Virus record (IMG/VR): IMGVR_UViG_3300032373_001184
Location: 1-38,086 of that record
Reading direction: 5' to 3' (one strand)
DNA from: a virus
Taxonomy: Duplodnaviria > Caudoviricetes
DNA: 38,086 nt
Below the pieces are notes generated by a model. That model was not told the DNA's origin, ran no database searches, and was given only the letters and a program-made list of their open reading frames with translations. The stretch's first letter is position 1, and the number at the start of each line of letters is the position of its first letter. Position numbers and translations under genes: made by a program. Below, one piece after another: positions 7,982 through 16,296 of the stretch.

Positions 7982-8644
7982 TTAAACCCACTCTAAATGC
8001 CCTACAACTCTACCTACAATCTGGCATTCATTTAAATCTTCATCTTTAATTTCCATAGGTGGGTGTTCTTCTTTATTATCACTATGGAGCATTAGGGCTT
8101 TTGTTTTAGGGTCTTTTGTTACACGTTTAACATAAACCTCGCCGTAGTAATTTACAACGTATATTGCGCCATTTTGAGTTGTTCCACCCTCATTTTCTAC
8201 TGGATTTACAAAAAGCATTTCACCATTTTTAAGTGTTGGCTCCATTGAGTTTCCAATACATCTAATGGCATGAATATTTTTAAATTGTTTAGTGCTTAAA
8301 ACATTTTCTAAAAATTCTTTATTAAAAGAGAGTGACGCAGGTGGCATTAGTTCATAATTTATTGATCCACCACCAGCACTTGCGTATGTATCTTTATAGA
8401 ACGGAATGTTTACTATTTTATCGCTTTCAATAATATTAGGTTCTCCTATTATTCTATCTACTGTTGTTTGTAGGGTTTTTGCAATAGTTAAAGCATTATC
8501 TAATGGAGGGAGAGCAAATGCTGATTCATATTGTGCTAAAGATGAACGTCCTATTCCTGTTAATTCTGCAAGTTTAAGTTGAGACAATCCAATTTTATTT
8601 CTATATTTTTTTATATTTGCACCAGTTATTTCTTTTAGTGTCAT
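7982..8644 (-). CDS. cI: CI-like repressor: XRE HTH plus S24 autopeptidase
   Basis: GLSQLKLAELTGIGRSSLAQYES HTH; ASAG cleavage site; GNSMEP and YVKRV Ser-Lys dyad. Confidence 0.95.
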   Translation of the reverse strand: MTLKEITGANIKKYRNKIGLSQLKLAELTGIGRSSLAQYESAFALPPLDNALTIAKTLQTTVDRIIGEPNIIESDKIVNIPFYKDTYASAGGGSINYELMPPASLSFNKEFLENVLSTKQFKNIHAIRCIGNSMEPTLKNGEMLFVNPVENEGGTTQNGAIYVVNYYGEVYVKRVTKDPKTKALMLHSDNKEEHPPMEIKDEDLNECQIVGRVVGHLEWV

Positions 8645-8659
8645 TTTTTCTCCTAAAAT

Positions 8660-8726
8660 TGTAAGTTATTCTAACATTTATAGTGTTACTTAAGATAACA
8701 TTAATAACAAGTTAGTTAAAGTAACA
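8660..8726. promoter_or_regulatory. OR-like operators (3 x TGTTA-N7-TAACA-like) between divergent cI and cro
   Basis: tgtaagttattctaaca 8660-8676; tgttacttaagataaca 8684-8700; agttagttaaagtaaca 8710-8726. Confidence 0.8.
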
Positions 8727-8728
8727 TT

Positions 8729-8929
8729 ATGAAAACTATAGATTTAGCTAAAAAGCTCAATATTACTCATTCAAACATTTCTCAATGGAAATCTAAAAAT
8801 AAGATACCTGATAGACGGATACGTCAAATAGCAAAAATTATAAAAGTTACATCAGATGAACTTTTTGATGATAATTCGTTGCTGTTTGATAGGTTGAATA
8901 GTACCAGCGATAAAACACCAACACAATAA
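8729..8929 (+). CDS. cro: Cro-like HTH regulator, probably leaderless
   Basis: DLAKKLNITHSNISQWKSKNKIP; divergent from cI; no SD, TAAAGT -10 six nt before ATG. Confidence 0.85.
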   Translation: MKTIDLAKKLNITHSNISQWKSKNKIPDRRIRQIAKIIKVTSDELFDDNSLLFDRLNSTSDKTPTQ

Positions 8930-8954
8930 CAAGATACTAATAAGGAGTTATGAA

Positions 8955-9140
8955 TTGAAACAATGGATGAAACAAAAAAAGAGAATAGATAAGTTAGAAA
9001 AGCATATAAAAAAATATGCAGAAAAGAATGGAATGGTTGTAAAGCATGTTGTCAGAAGAAATGCAGTTTATAATGATTATGAGGATGGATATTCGATGAA
9101 TATCCTAGTTAAGACTATACCTAAAAAGAAAAAGAATTAA
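8955..9140 (+). CDS. Small basic hypothetical protein
   Basis: TAAGGAG RBS; stop overlaps the antisense ORF stop (TTAA). Confidence 0.55.
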   Translation: MKQWMKQKKRIDKLEKHIKKYAEKNGMVVKHVVRRNAVYNDYEDGYSMNILVKTIPKKKKN

Positions 9141-9271
9141 GTATTTTTCTCTTTAAGTATTTCAAGTATTTGCTGTAAAAGCGTGGTGATATTGTCTAGC
9201 TGAACTTCCGTTCTTGTAGCTGGGTCTTTGTCATCGTTTTTAAAGTTTTGGATTACTGTATTTTTATCCAT
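9137..9271 (-). CDS. Antisense cassette gene 1 (44 aa; not in ORF track)
   Basis: MDKNTVIQNFKNDDKDPATRTEVQLDNITTLLQQILEILKEKNT; TGaTATAAT promoter and AAGGA RBS supplied by repeat R1. Confidence 0.7.
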   Translation of the reverse strand: MDKNTVIQNFKNDDKDPATRTEVQLDNITTLLQQILEILKEKNT

Positions 9272-9365
9272 TGCAATGTGTCCTTGTGTTTGATTTAGTT
9301 TTGCAAAGCGATTATATCACAAGGGCATTTTGGAGTGGATTATTAAAAAATTATAAAGGAGTTAT
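9266..9365. repeat. Hairpin/antisense-promoter cassette repeat R1
   Basis: atccattgcaatgtgtccttgtgt-loop-gattatatcacaagggcattttggagtg...aaaaaattataaaggagttat. Confidence 0.9.
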
Positions 9366-9368
9366 AGA

Positions 9369-9515
9369 GTGAAAAAGAAGAAAAAAATAGCTAAACCAAG
9401 AACTAGAAAAGCTACAGCAAAATATGATGCTCATGGTCGTGAAATATGCCCACCTTTAAGAACAGGTGGTTTGCTTATTCCTCAAAAGGTACGGTTTTGC
9501 CATAGTATCTTCTGA
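9369..9515 (+). CDS. Small very basic peptide (48 aa; not in ORF track)
   Basis: GTG after AAAGGAG; MKKKKKIAKPRTRKATAKYDAHGREICPPLRTGG... Confidence 0.45.
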   Translation: MKKKKKIAKPRTRKATAKYDAHGREICPPLRTGGLLIPQKVRFCHSIF

Positions 9516-9669
9516 TGTTGTCAAAGATATTTAGCTGTTTTTCTATGATTTCATCATGGGATAAATTCTTTTTAGAATCCATAGCTAAAGAGAAAGTTTG
9601 GTTGAACGCTTCTTGTCTAGCGTTTAGGTCTATGAGCAAGTTTTCTATACTTGTTTTATTTGCATCCAT
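9475..9669 (-). CDS. Antisense cassette gene 2 (64 aa, MDANKTSIENLL...)
   Basis: Promoter and RBS supplied by repeat R2; start at ATG 9669. Confidence 0.7.
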   Translation of the reverse strand: MDANKTSIENLLIDLNARQEAFNQTFSLAMDSKKNLSHDEIIEKQLNIFDNIRRYYGKTVPFEE

Positions 9670-9765
9670 TGCAATGTGTCCTTGTGTGAAATTTTGATTT
9701 TGCAACCTTGATTATATCACAAGGGCATTTTGGAGTGAGATATTAAAAAATTATAAAGGAGTTAT
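9664..9765. repeat. Hairpin/antisense-promoter cassette repeat R2
   Basis: Near-identical to R1 except for the loop. Confidence 0.9.
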
Positions 9766-9770
9766 GAATT

Positions 9771-10055
9771 ATGCGAACACAATCATTGCAAGTTACTGAT
9801 GAGTTTAAAGACGTTTTAGACTCTTTGGCAGAACGTGAGGGTAGAAGCACATCAGACATGATTAGAAGCGTTACAGAACTATATGCTGATCTAGCGCAGA
9901 ATGAGACTATAAAGAAGATATTAGATGATACTGGCATGAGTTTAATGGATTGGTTCGTATACGCTCTTGATATGGCTTGGGTGCTTGGTGAAAACAAAAA
10001 ACTACCAGCAGTAAATGCCATGATATACCAAATTGCAAAGGGGAAAAGTGCCTGA
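9771..10055 (+). CDS. CopG/RHH-family regulator
   Basis: TQSLQVTDEFKDVLDSLAEREGRSTSDMIRS. Confidence 0.75.
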   Translation: MRTQSLQVTDEFKDVLDSLAEREGRSTSDMIRSVTELYADLAQNETIKKILDDTGMSLMDWFVYALDMAWVLGENKKLPAVNAMIYQIAKGKSA

Positions 10056-10227
10056 ATTATTAATTAAAGTGGGTGAAACGGTCATGTCAAAACTTACATC
10101 ACAATCTAAAAGATTAGGTTTGACAAAAGAAGAATTAGGTGCCAAAGGTGTAGAACTTATGGTTGAAGCCAAAGACGTTGCTCAAAAGGTGAAGCAAGGT
10201 AATAACACTAAAGAGAGTGAAAAATGA
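10048..10227 (+). CDS. Small RHH-like hypothetical protein
   Basis: GTG start after AAGGGG; ELLIKVGETVMSKLTSQSKRLGLTKEEL. Confidence 0.55.
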   Translation: MPELLIKVGETVMSKLTSQSKRLGLTKEELGAKGVELMVEAKDVAQKVKQGNNTKESEK

Positions 10228-10299
10228 TTTGCTTAATCGCATTAATAGCTAGGCGAATAAAGAAAAATAATTTAATCATCCCAATAAAAAACCCAAAGA

Positions 10300-10503
10300 C
10301 TACTTTGAAGAGAAGTGGTCAAGTGTTGTACGCAATAGATCAGCAGCGTTTTTATTGTTTACCATAAGTGAGGTTATTTCTAAATCGTTTAAGAGATTTT
10401 TGTCTTTTAACATCAAAAGGAGGTCTGTAAGTAGACCATAAGCAGCTTCTGCATTAGCATTTGTGTTAGTGGCGAAGTTTGTATTTTTAATTTCATTTTC
10501 CAT
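10300..10503 (-). CDS. Antisense cassette gene 3 (67 aa, MENEIKNTNF...)
   Basis: Promoter and RBS supplied by repeat R3; start at ATG 10503. Confidence 0.7.
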   Translation of the reverse strand: MENEIKNTNFATNTNANAEAAYGLLTDLLLMLKDKNLLNDLEITSLMVNNKNAADLLRTTLDHFSSK

Positions 10504-10572
10504 TGTAATGTGTCCTTGTGTGTGATTTTGTTTTGACGAGTAGATTATATCACAAGGGCATATTGGAGTGGA
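10499..10572. repeat. Hairpin/antisense-promoter cassette repeat R3
   Basis: tccattgtaatgtgtccttgtgt-loop-gattatatcacaagggcatattggagtgga. Confidence 0.9.
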
Positions 10573-10677
10573 CATTTATTAAATCATTAAGGATGAAAAA
10601 TATTAGAAGAAATTAAACGAGAGTTGCGTGAGCTTACACGTAATCTTGACAATGTAATTCAATCACTATCAAGTAAG

Positions 10678-10856
10678 TAGTCTCATTAGAACCCTTACAG
10701 TAGGGTTTTTATGAGGCTATGGGTATGTATGTTTTGACGGACCTACACCCATAGCTTCCACAACATATTTGAAATAAATCCAAACATGAGCCTGTAATTA
10801 TACCTAGTTCTTGCTGGCTCTCTTTTTGAGGGGTTCATGTTTGGATGAACTAGGAG
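10678..10856. promoter_or_regulatory. Structured riboregulatory region upstream of the replication genes
   Basis: Hairpins 10678-10719, 10716-10755 and 10778-10846; antisense TATAAT 10802-10797; anti-SD 10803-10810. Confidence 0.55.
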
Positions 10857-10862
10857 AATACT

Positions 10863-11291
10863 ATGCGTGATAAATTTGCTTTATACGGTAAAGATGTATC
10901 TACTGAACTGAAAAAAGTTGCTCTTGAGGTGCAAGAGGAGTTTAACATTCAAGACAATGTCTTATGTGCACTGCTTAGGATAAATGACTATTTTTGTTTA
11001 ATGGCAACTATGAGAGTGCCTGTTTATCAAATTGAATTACAAGATGGTAAAGGCACTAAGCCAGTACCTGAAAAAACTCAAAGATTTTTTAATACTCACT
11101 ACCCTAACAAGTGTTCTGATGCACTTAATATTTTCAATCCTTACTCATCGCCTAATTACTTTAAGCGTTTAGCTAAAAACATTTTAAGTAAGAGTTTTAA
11201 ACTGAGTGATTATGTGACTAATGGAATACCTATTCATAAACTAAAAGAGCATCTTGGTGAAGTTGAATATGAATACGGTAAGAGTGCGTAA
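10863..11291 (+). CDS. Hypothetical protein upstream of the replication initiator
   Basis: AGGAG RBS; TAATG coupling to the next gene. Confidence 0.75.
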   Translation: MRDKFALYGKDVSTELKKVALEVQEEFNIQDNVLCALLRINDYFCLMATMRVPVYQIELQDGKGTKPVPEKTQRFFNTHYPNKCSDALNIFNPYSSPNYFKRLAKNILSKSFKLSDYVTNGIPIHKLKEHLGEVEYEYGKSA

Positions 11292-12181
11292 TGAGTGTTG
11301 CAACTAAGATAATAGCTAGTGATTATCACTCTATCCCGTACCGAAAAGAGCTTAATAAAGTTACTGGAAGCATTATAGCTTCTTTGGTGCTACAACAGTT
11401 CATTTATTGGGATTCTAAAAATGGCAATCGAGAGTTTTACAAGTTTATAGAGCCATGCGATAATGAACTTTATAACGATGGAGATAGTTGGACTGAAGAG
11501 CTTGGAATTAGCAAAAAACAGTTTACTAATGCGGTGAAAATTTTACAACAAAAAGGTGTAGTTTCAAAGCGAATAAATATGATGAGAACTACATACTATA
11601 AGCTACATCATGGTCCCTTAGAACAGTTACTTAAAGAAGCGTATATAAGTGACGAAAAGGAACTTATGGGCGAGTCAAAAAGTAACTTAGATTATAGTAA
11701 AAACTGTAACAATACAGAGACTACTACAGAGACTACTACAGATATAGAGCCTAAGCAAAAAAATGAGTTTAGTTTCTCTCTTAAGAGAAATACTCAATAC
11801 GAAAATTTAACTGAACAGTACAAGCAAAAGTTACGTGGTTATGCTGTTACAAAAGATGGAGCTTATCAGCTTGATAAATTTTTAAATCATCATGTTTCTA
11901 AAGGCACTACTTACAAAAACTGGTCCATGGCCTATAACACTTGGCTTAGTAATGCAGCTAAGTATGACCCAAACTACAATCTTGATGCAACTAAAAAAGT
12001 TCGTAACGACCACCCTGATTTTAATGAAGTATTTGTCGAATACGGGACTAATAATACTTTTAATTCAAATTATGACCACTGCGGAACGTTTACAATCAAG
12101 CACAATGAACCTTGTGAGACAAATAGCCAGGCATCAACACCTAGAGACGTTATGGGTTTGGTTGCTGGAGGTAAAAAGTAA
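11291..12181 (+). CDS. Phage replication initiator (O-like, N-terminal wHTH)
   Basis: ASLVLQQFIYW...SWTEELGISKKQF...L..KG; TETTTETTT linker; C-terminal YKNWSMAYNTW. Confidence 0.75.
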   Translation: MSVATKIIASDYHSIPYRKELNKVTGSIIASLVLQQFIYWDSKNGNREFYKFIEPCDNELYNDGDSWTEELGISKKQFTNAVKILQQKGVVSKRINMMRTTYYKLHHGPLEQLLKEAYISDEKELMGESKSNLDYSKNCNNTETTTETTTDIEPKQKNEFSFSLKRNTQYENLTEQYKQKLRGYAVTKDGAYQLDKFLNHHVSKGTTYKNWSMAYNTWLSNAAKYDPNYNLDATKKVRNDHPDFNEVFVEYGTNNTFNSNYDHCGTFTIKHNEPCETNSQASTPRDVMGLVAGGKK

Positions 12182-12183
12182 TT

Positions 12184-12390
12184 ATGGCCAATGTAAAAGA
12201 AGTATTTATCGACATAGATTCAGATGATGAGGGCAATAGATACTTTGTTTATATTTACGAAAAAGGTGGTCAGTTGTGGCTTACTGAGAATTCTAGATTA
12301 AACCGCAGTTTAGGATTAAGAGCTTTTATTAGAGATTATGACGTTGCTTGTGCAGTTGCTCAAAAAATAATTGATGGAGAAATCAAGTGA
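12184..12390 (+). CDS. Hypothetical protein
   Basis: 68-aa ORF, GTGA overlap with the methyltransferase gene. Confidence 0.6.
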   Translation: MANVKEVFIDIDSDDEGNRYFVYIYEKGGQLWLTENSRLNRSLGLRAFIRDYDVACAVAQKIIDGEIK

Positions 12391-13613
12391 GGCTTGGTTC
12401 TTTATTTACTGGGATTGGAGCACCTGAACAAGGCGCATTACGAGTATATAAAAATGTAGAGAATGTATTTGCTTGTGAGTTCGATAAATATGCAAGACAA
12501 AGTTTTGAGGCAAACTACGACATAGCACCTGAGCATTTTCATGTTGATATAAACGATATGGATGGTAAACAATACCAGGGCAAAGTTGATGTAATTGTTG
12601 GCGGATCACCATGTCAAGCTTTTTCTATTGCTGGGCTTAAAAAAGGTCTTTCAGATAAACGAGGTCAATTGATTTGGCAATATTACCGAATCATCAAAGA
12701 AGCACAACCTCCAATATTTATTTATGAAAATGTTAAGGGAATGGTTTCAGACAATAACGGACAAACCTTAAAAGATTTTTTAGAAGTATTTAGAGATATA
12801 GGTTACAACTGCCATTATGAAGTAGTCAATACAAAAGATTATGGAGTTCCGCAAAACAGAGAGCGTGTTTATATCGTTGGTTTTAAAGATGCTGATTTAT
12901 ATCACCGTTTTTCTTTTGCTCCAAAAGTTCCACTTACTAAAAGATTAAAAGATGTGCTTGAAGATGATGTTGATGAGAAATATTATCTGAGTGAAAAAGC
13001 AATTAAAGGTTTTATAACTCATACCCAAAGAATGAAAGAACGAGGCAATGGGTTTAAGTTTGAGCCTACTGATGGTGATGTTGTTGCATCTTCAATCACT
13101 ACTCGTGCAGGTGGTAGACCTGATGATAATTTTGTGAAAGTAGCAGGAATGCTTGATAATAAAGCACATGATTCAGCACGAAGAGTTTATGAAGTAAATG
13201 GAATTTGTAGCACAATAACTGCTGTTCAAGGCGGAGGACATGAGCCTAAAATTGCAATTGGTGCAATTAGAGGGCGAAATCCTGAAAATCCTAAATCAAG
13301 AGTTAGTGGGCTTCCAACTGAACAGATGCTTGAAATAAATGAAAATGGAACATCAAACTGTCTCACTACCGTTCAAAAAAATAACGTAGTTGTAGAGCCA
13401 TACAGAATTAGAAAATTAACTCCAAGAGAGTGTTTACGTCTGCAAGATTTTCATGACGCATTTAAACAAGTTGTTTCAAATAGTCAAATGTACAAACAAG
13501 CTGGTAATTCTATGAGTGTAAATATTTTGGAAATGATTTTTATACAGATTGAGAAAGCAAAGAGTGCTGAACCAACTGGGAGTTTATTTGATTTTATGGA
13601 AGATGTAAGCTGA
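12387..13613 (+). CDS. C5 cytosine DNA methyltransferase (orphan)
   Basis: LFTGIG, GGSPCQAFS, ENVKG, PQNRERVY, RKLTPREC, YKQAGNS. Confidence 0.95.
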   Translation: MRLGSLFTGIGAPEQGALRVYKNVENVFACEFDKYARQSFEANYDIAPEHFHVDINDMDGKQYQGKVDVIVGGSPCQAFSIAGLKKGLSDKRGQLIWQYYRIIKEAQPPIFIYENVKGMVSDNNGQTLKDFLEVFRDIGYNCHYEVVNTKDYGVPQNRERVYIVGFKDADLYHRFSFAPKVPLTKRLKDVLEDDVDEKYYLSEKAIKGFITHTQRMKERGNGFKFEPTDGDVVASSITTRAGGRPDDNFVKVAGMLDNKAHDSARRVYEVNGICSTITAVQGGGHEPKIAIGAIRGRNPENPKSRVSGLPTEQMLEINENGTSNCLTTVQKNNVVVEPYRIRKLTPRECLRLQDFHDAFKQVVSNSQMYKQAGNSMSVNILEMIFIQIEKAKSAEPTGSLFDFMEDVS

Positions 13614-14701
13614 TGGAAAACAGCAAGCGGTATGGTGGTAGGGTTCAATTAAACCGGTTAAAAAACGGTGATATTAGCTATTACGCTTGCTACAAATTAG
13701 GAAATAAAAAACATCGTACTAGAATAGGTAAAAAATCTGAGGGGATTACTGAGAGCAATGTAATAGAGCGCAGAAATACGATACTAAGTGAAGCTAGGCA
13801 TGGTATTGACTTGAGTAAAAAAGGTTATAAGTATTTAACATTTGATGCGCTTGCAAGTGCCTATTTTAACAGTAGAGAAGCACACAATAGTAGTAATAGA
13901 GCATCTAGGCAGATGTATAAGAATCATATCCAGCCTAGCTTTGGTGATTTAACTATTGCTAGGCTTGATGATAGTTTAGTTAATGAATTACAGGAACTAA
14001 AAATATCTGATGGACTTAAAAAAGGCACGGTTGATATTATTGTTAAACTAATTAGACGTATATCTAATTATGGTGTTGATAGTAAACTCATTCCTTTTAA
14101 ACCATTCGTCAATATAAAACTATTTCATAACTATAATTCAAGACAAAGATATTTAACTAATGAAGAGATCAAACAGCTACTTGCATTTGTTAGTGATGAT
14201 ACTCAGTTGAATCTATTTGTTAGATTGGCACTTGGTACTGGTGCTAGAAAAACAAGTATCTTAGCTATACGAAAGATGGATATTAATTTTGAAACACAAA
14301 CAATTATTTTAAATGACTTTAAAAGAGACAATAAATATACAAGCAAATTAAATGAAAAACTATTTAAACTAATAGTCAAGCATAGTAAAAACTTAGCTAA
14401 TCATCAACACGTAATAAATGAGAATGGCAAACCTATGAGTTCCTCTAAAGTTTATAGAAAACTCTCTCAAATATTTGAATACTTCAATAATGGTTTAGAT
14501 AAAAAAGATGCAGCAAACCGTGTCGTAATTCATACACTTCGTCATACGTTTGCAAGTCATTTAGCTATCGCTGATGTGTCTATTCAGAAGATACAAAAAC
14601 TAATGAATCATAAAGATATAAAACAGACAGAAAAGTATGCAAAACTAAGCTCTGATAGTGGCATGGAATACGTTGAAAACCTATATGAAAGTGTATCTTG
14701 A
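13613..14701 (+). CDS. Second tyrosine recombinase/integrase with arm-binding N-domain
   Basis: TGARKTS, HTLRHTFASHL, MNHKD, EKYA; TGATG coupling to the methyltransferase. Confidence 0.9.
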   Translation: MENSKRYGGRVQLNRLKNGDISYYACYKLGNKKHRTRIGKKSEGITESNVIERRNTILSEARHGIDLSKKGYKYLTFDALASAYFNSREAHNSSNRASRQMYKNHIQPSFGDLTIARLDDSLVNELQELKISDGLKKGTVDIIVKLIRRISNYGVDSKLIPFKPFVNIKLFHNYNSRQRYLTNEEIKQLLAFVSDDTQLNLFVRLALGTGARKTSILAIRKMDINFETQTIILNDFKRDNKYTSKLNEKLFKLIVKHSKNLANHQHVINENGKPMSSSKVYRKLSQIFEYFNNGLDKKDAANRVVIHTLRHTFASHLAIADVSIQKIQKLMNHKDIKQTEKYAKLSSDSGMEYVENLYESVS

Positions 14702-14906
14702 AAATGATTTTAGCTAAGGGGGCAAATAGGTGGCAAAAAATGCAAAGTTGTAAGCAATGTGTAATAGCTATGAGAGCCGTTGATAACGAGGTTAAACTCA
14801 TATTTATTAATATTAAATGGAATGTTACTATAGGGAATAATACAAAGTGGACAGAAGCCCTTATTTTAGGGGTTTGGTTATTAATTAGAGATGAAAGGAT
14901 ACTTAG

Positions 14907-15569
14907 ATGATAAAGATTGAATCTAACTTCAAAGATGTACTTAAAGGCTTAAATGATTTTGAAAAGAAACAACTGCCATTCGCTATAAGCAAAGCCCTAA
15001 ATGATACAGCTATGGGGACACAAGTAAGTATTTCTAACCATATATCAAATACATTTAATACAGGCTCTAATTGGTTTAAGCCTAATACTAAGTTTGGTGT
15101 TAAACGTAAGAACGCTACCAAGAGAAATTCACAAGTAGAGATATACACGGATGCCTACTGGTTAGAGGACTTTGAAGAGGGAGACTTTAGAACTGGAACA
15201 CAGCTGATACCTACTAAATACTTTACTCAAACATACGGACTAAAGAAGAATAAAGCAATTAAAAAAAAGTTAAAAAAGTTAAAGAATACATTCAAAGGAA
15301 CAATCAAAGGTGATGAATATATCATGCAGAGGGTAAAAGGCAAGCAAGCGGGAAGAACTCATAAGATAAGTAAGAAAACTGGTAAGAAATTAAAAAGTAC
15401 GAACAAAATACTAAATCGTAGTGCTATTCCATTGTTTATAATCAAACGACAAGGGGTACAAGAGAAAGTAATGCTGATGTTTGAAGATATTACATCTAAG
15501 GTATTCGAACGCACATTTGACAAGAATTTTGATAATGCAATGGCTTATGCGATGATAAAGGCAAGATAG
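14907..15569 (+). CDS. Tail completion / lambda gpZ-like protein, first late gene
   Basis: KQLPFAISKALNDTA motif; highly basic; position before terminase. Confidence 0.55.
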   Translation: MIKIESNFKDVLKGLNDFEKKQLPFAISKALNDTAMGTQVSISNHISNTFNTGSNWFKPNTKFGVKRKNATKRNSQVEIYTDAYWLEDFEEGDFRTGTQLIPTKYFTQTYGLKKNKAIKKKLKKLKNTFKGTIKGDEYIMQRVKGKQAGRTHKISKKTGKKLKSTNKILNRSAIPLFIIKRQGVQEKVMLMFEDITSKVFERTFDKNFDNAMAYAMIKAR

Positions 15570-15570
15570 T

Positions 15571-15728
15571 GGTTAAAATAAAACTTAGGTTCTCCTTAAA
15601 AAATTTAACCTATGAGGGTAAAGCGAAGCCCATAAACTCACTATTTATTAGTTTTTGAAAGTAGGTTAAGTAATTGTTTCGACATACATTATATGCAAAA
15701 CTTAACCAAGGTTAAGAAAGTGGTTAAG
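15571..15728. promoter_or_regulatory. Putative cos/packaging region with GGTTAAG repeats
   Basis: GGTTAAG at 15664, 15710 and 15722; CTTAACC at 15701 (palindrome 15701-15716); directly upstream of terS. Confidence 0.55.
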
Positions 15729-15750
15729 TAAATCAGACGAAAGGTAAATT

Positions 15751-16296
15751 TTGGCAGAAGTTAGTAAGAGTGAATTAGCAAAATATTTAGGAGTTAGTCA
15801 AGCGATGGTATCGAAGCATGTCAAATCTGGGATACTCGATAAATGCTTTTCTCCAAATGGTAAAAAGTTAATTTTAGAGAAAGCAATACAAGCAATTGCA
15901 CTCTCAAAAACAAAAGATACTACTCTGTTAGTGAAAAGCACTATTCCAAACGAAATTAAAAATAATGAATCACTTGACAATAAAGAAACACAAAATGAAC
16001 TTGTAGCACTTTTAAAAGATGCACAAAGCCCGTCGCAAAAAGTTCAAATTATAAAAGATTTTTGGATAGGCAAAATAAATAGACAGAAGTTTTTAGAGAA
16101 TGAGGGTGAGTTAATAACCGTACAAGATGCAAAGGTTGCTATTGATGCTCTACTGTCTCCGCTAAATCAATATATGAACGATCAAGGAAATCACTTAAAA
16201 AATAATTTTCCTGATTTGCCAAATGAGGTAGTAGAATGGATTGATGATGAAAATAATAGACAAAAAGAGCAGTTAAGGGTAATTAAGTGGGATTAG
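15751..16296 (+). CDS. terS: Terminase small subunit (Nu1-like HTH)
   Basis: VSKSELAKYLGVSQAMVSKHVKSG; ENEGELI; overlaps terL. Confidence 0.8.
   Translation: MAEVSKSELAKYLGVSQAMVSKHVKSGILDKCFSPNGKKLILEKAIQAIALSKTKDTTLLVKSTIPNEIKNNESLDNKETQNELVALLKDAQSPSQKVQIIKDFWIGKINRQKFLENEGELITVQDAKVAIDALLSPLNQYMNDQGNHLKNNFPDLPNEVVEWIDDENNRQKEQLRVIKWD

Noticed and set aside
9266-10572. CRISPR or mini-array reading of the three repeats
   Set aside because: Units are 75-100 bp, separated by 300-730 bp of coding DNA; no cas genes
10593-10680. Possible frameshifted ORF (MK/ILEEIKRELRELTRNLDNVIQSLSSK) after repeat R3
   Set aside because: Needs a 1-nt deletion in an A-run and is very short; cannot be supported
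11713-11742. 12-bp tandem repeat TACAGAGACTAC x2.5 as origin iterons
   Set aside because: Fully explained by the TETTTETTT linker; an origin role is possible but unsupported
14580-15148. ORFs 14580-14801(-), 14698-14910(+) and 14903-15148(-)
   Set aside because: Shadow or weak ORFs; the 14702-14906 gap looks regulatory or att-like, though 14698-14910 cannot be fully excluded
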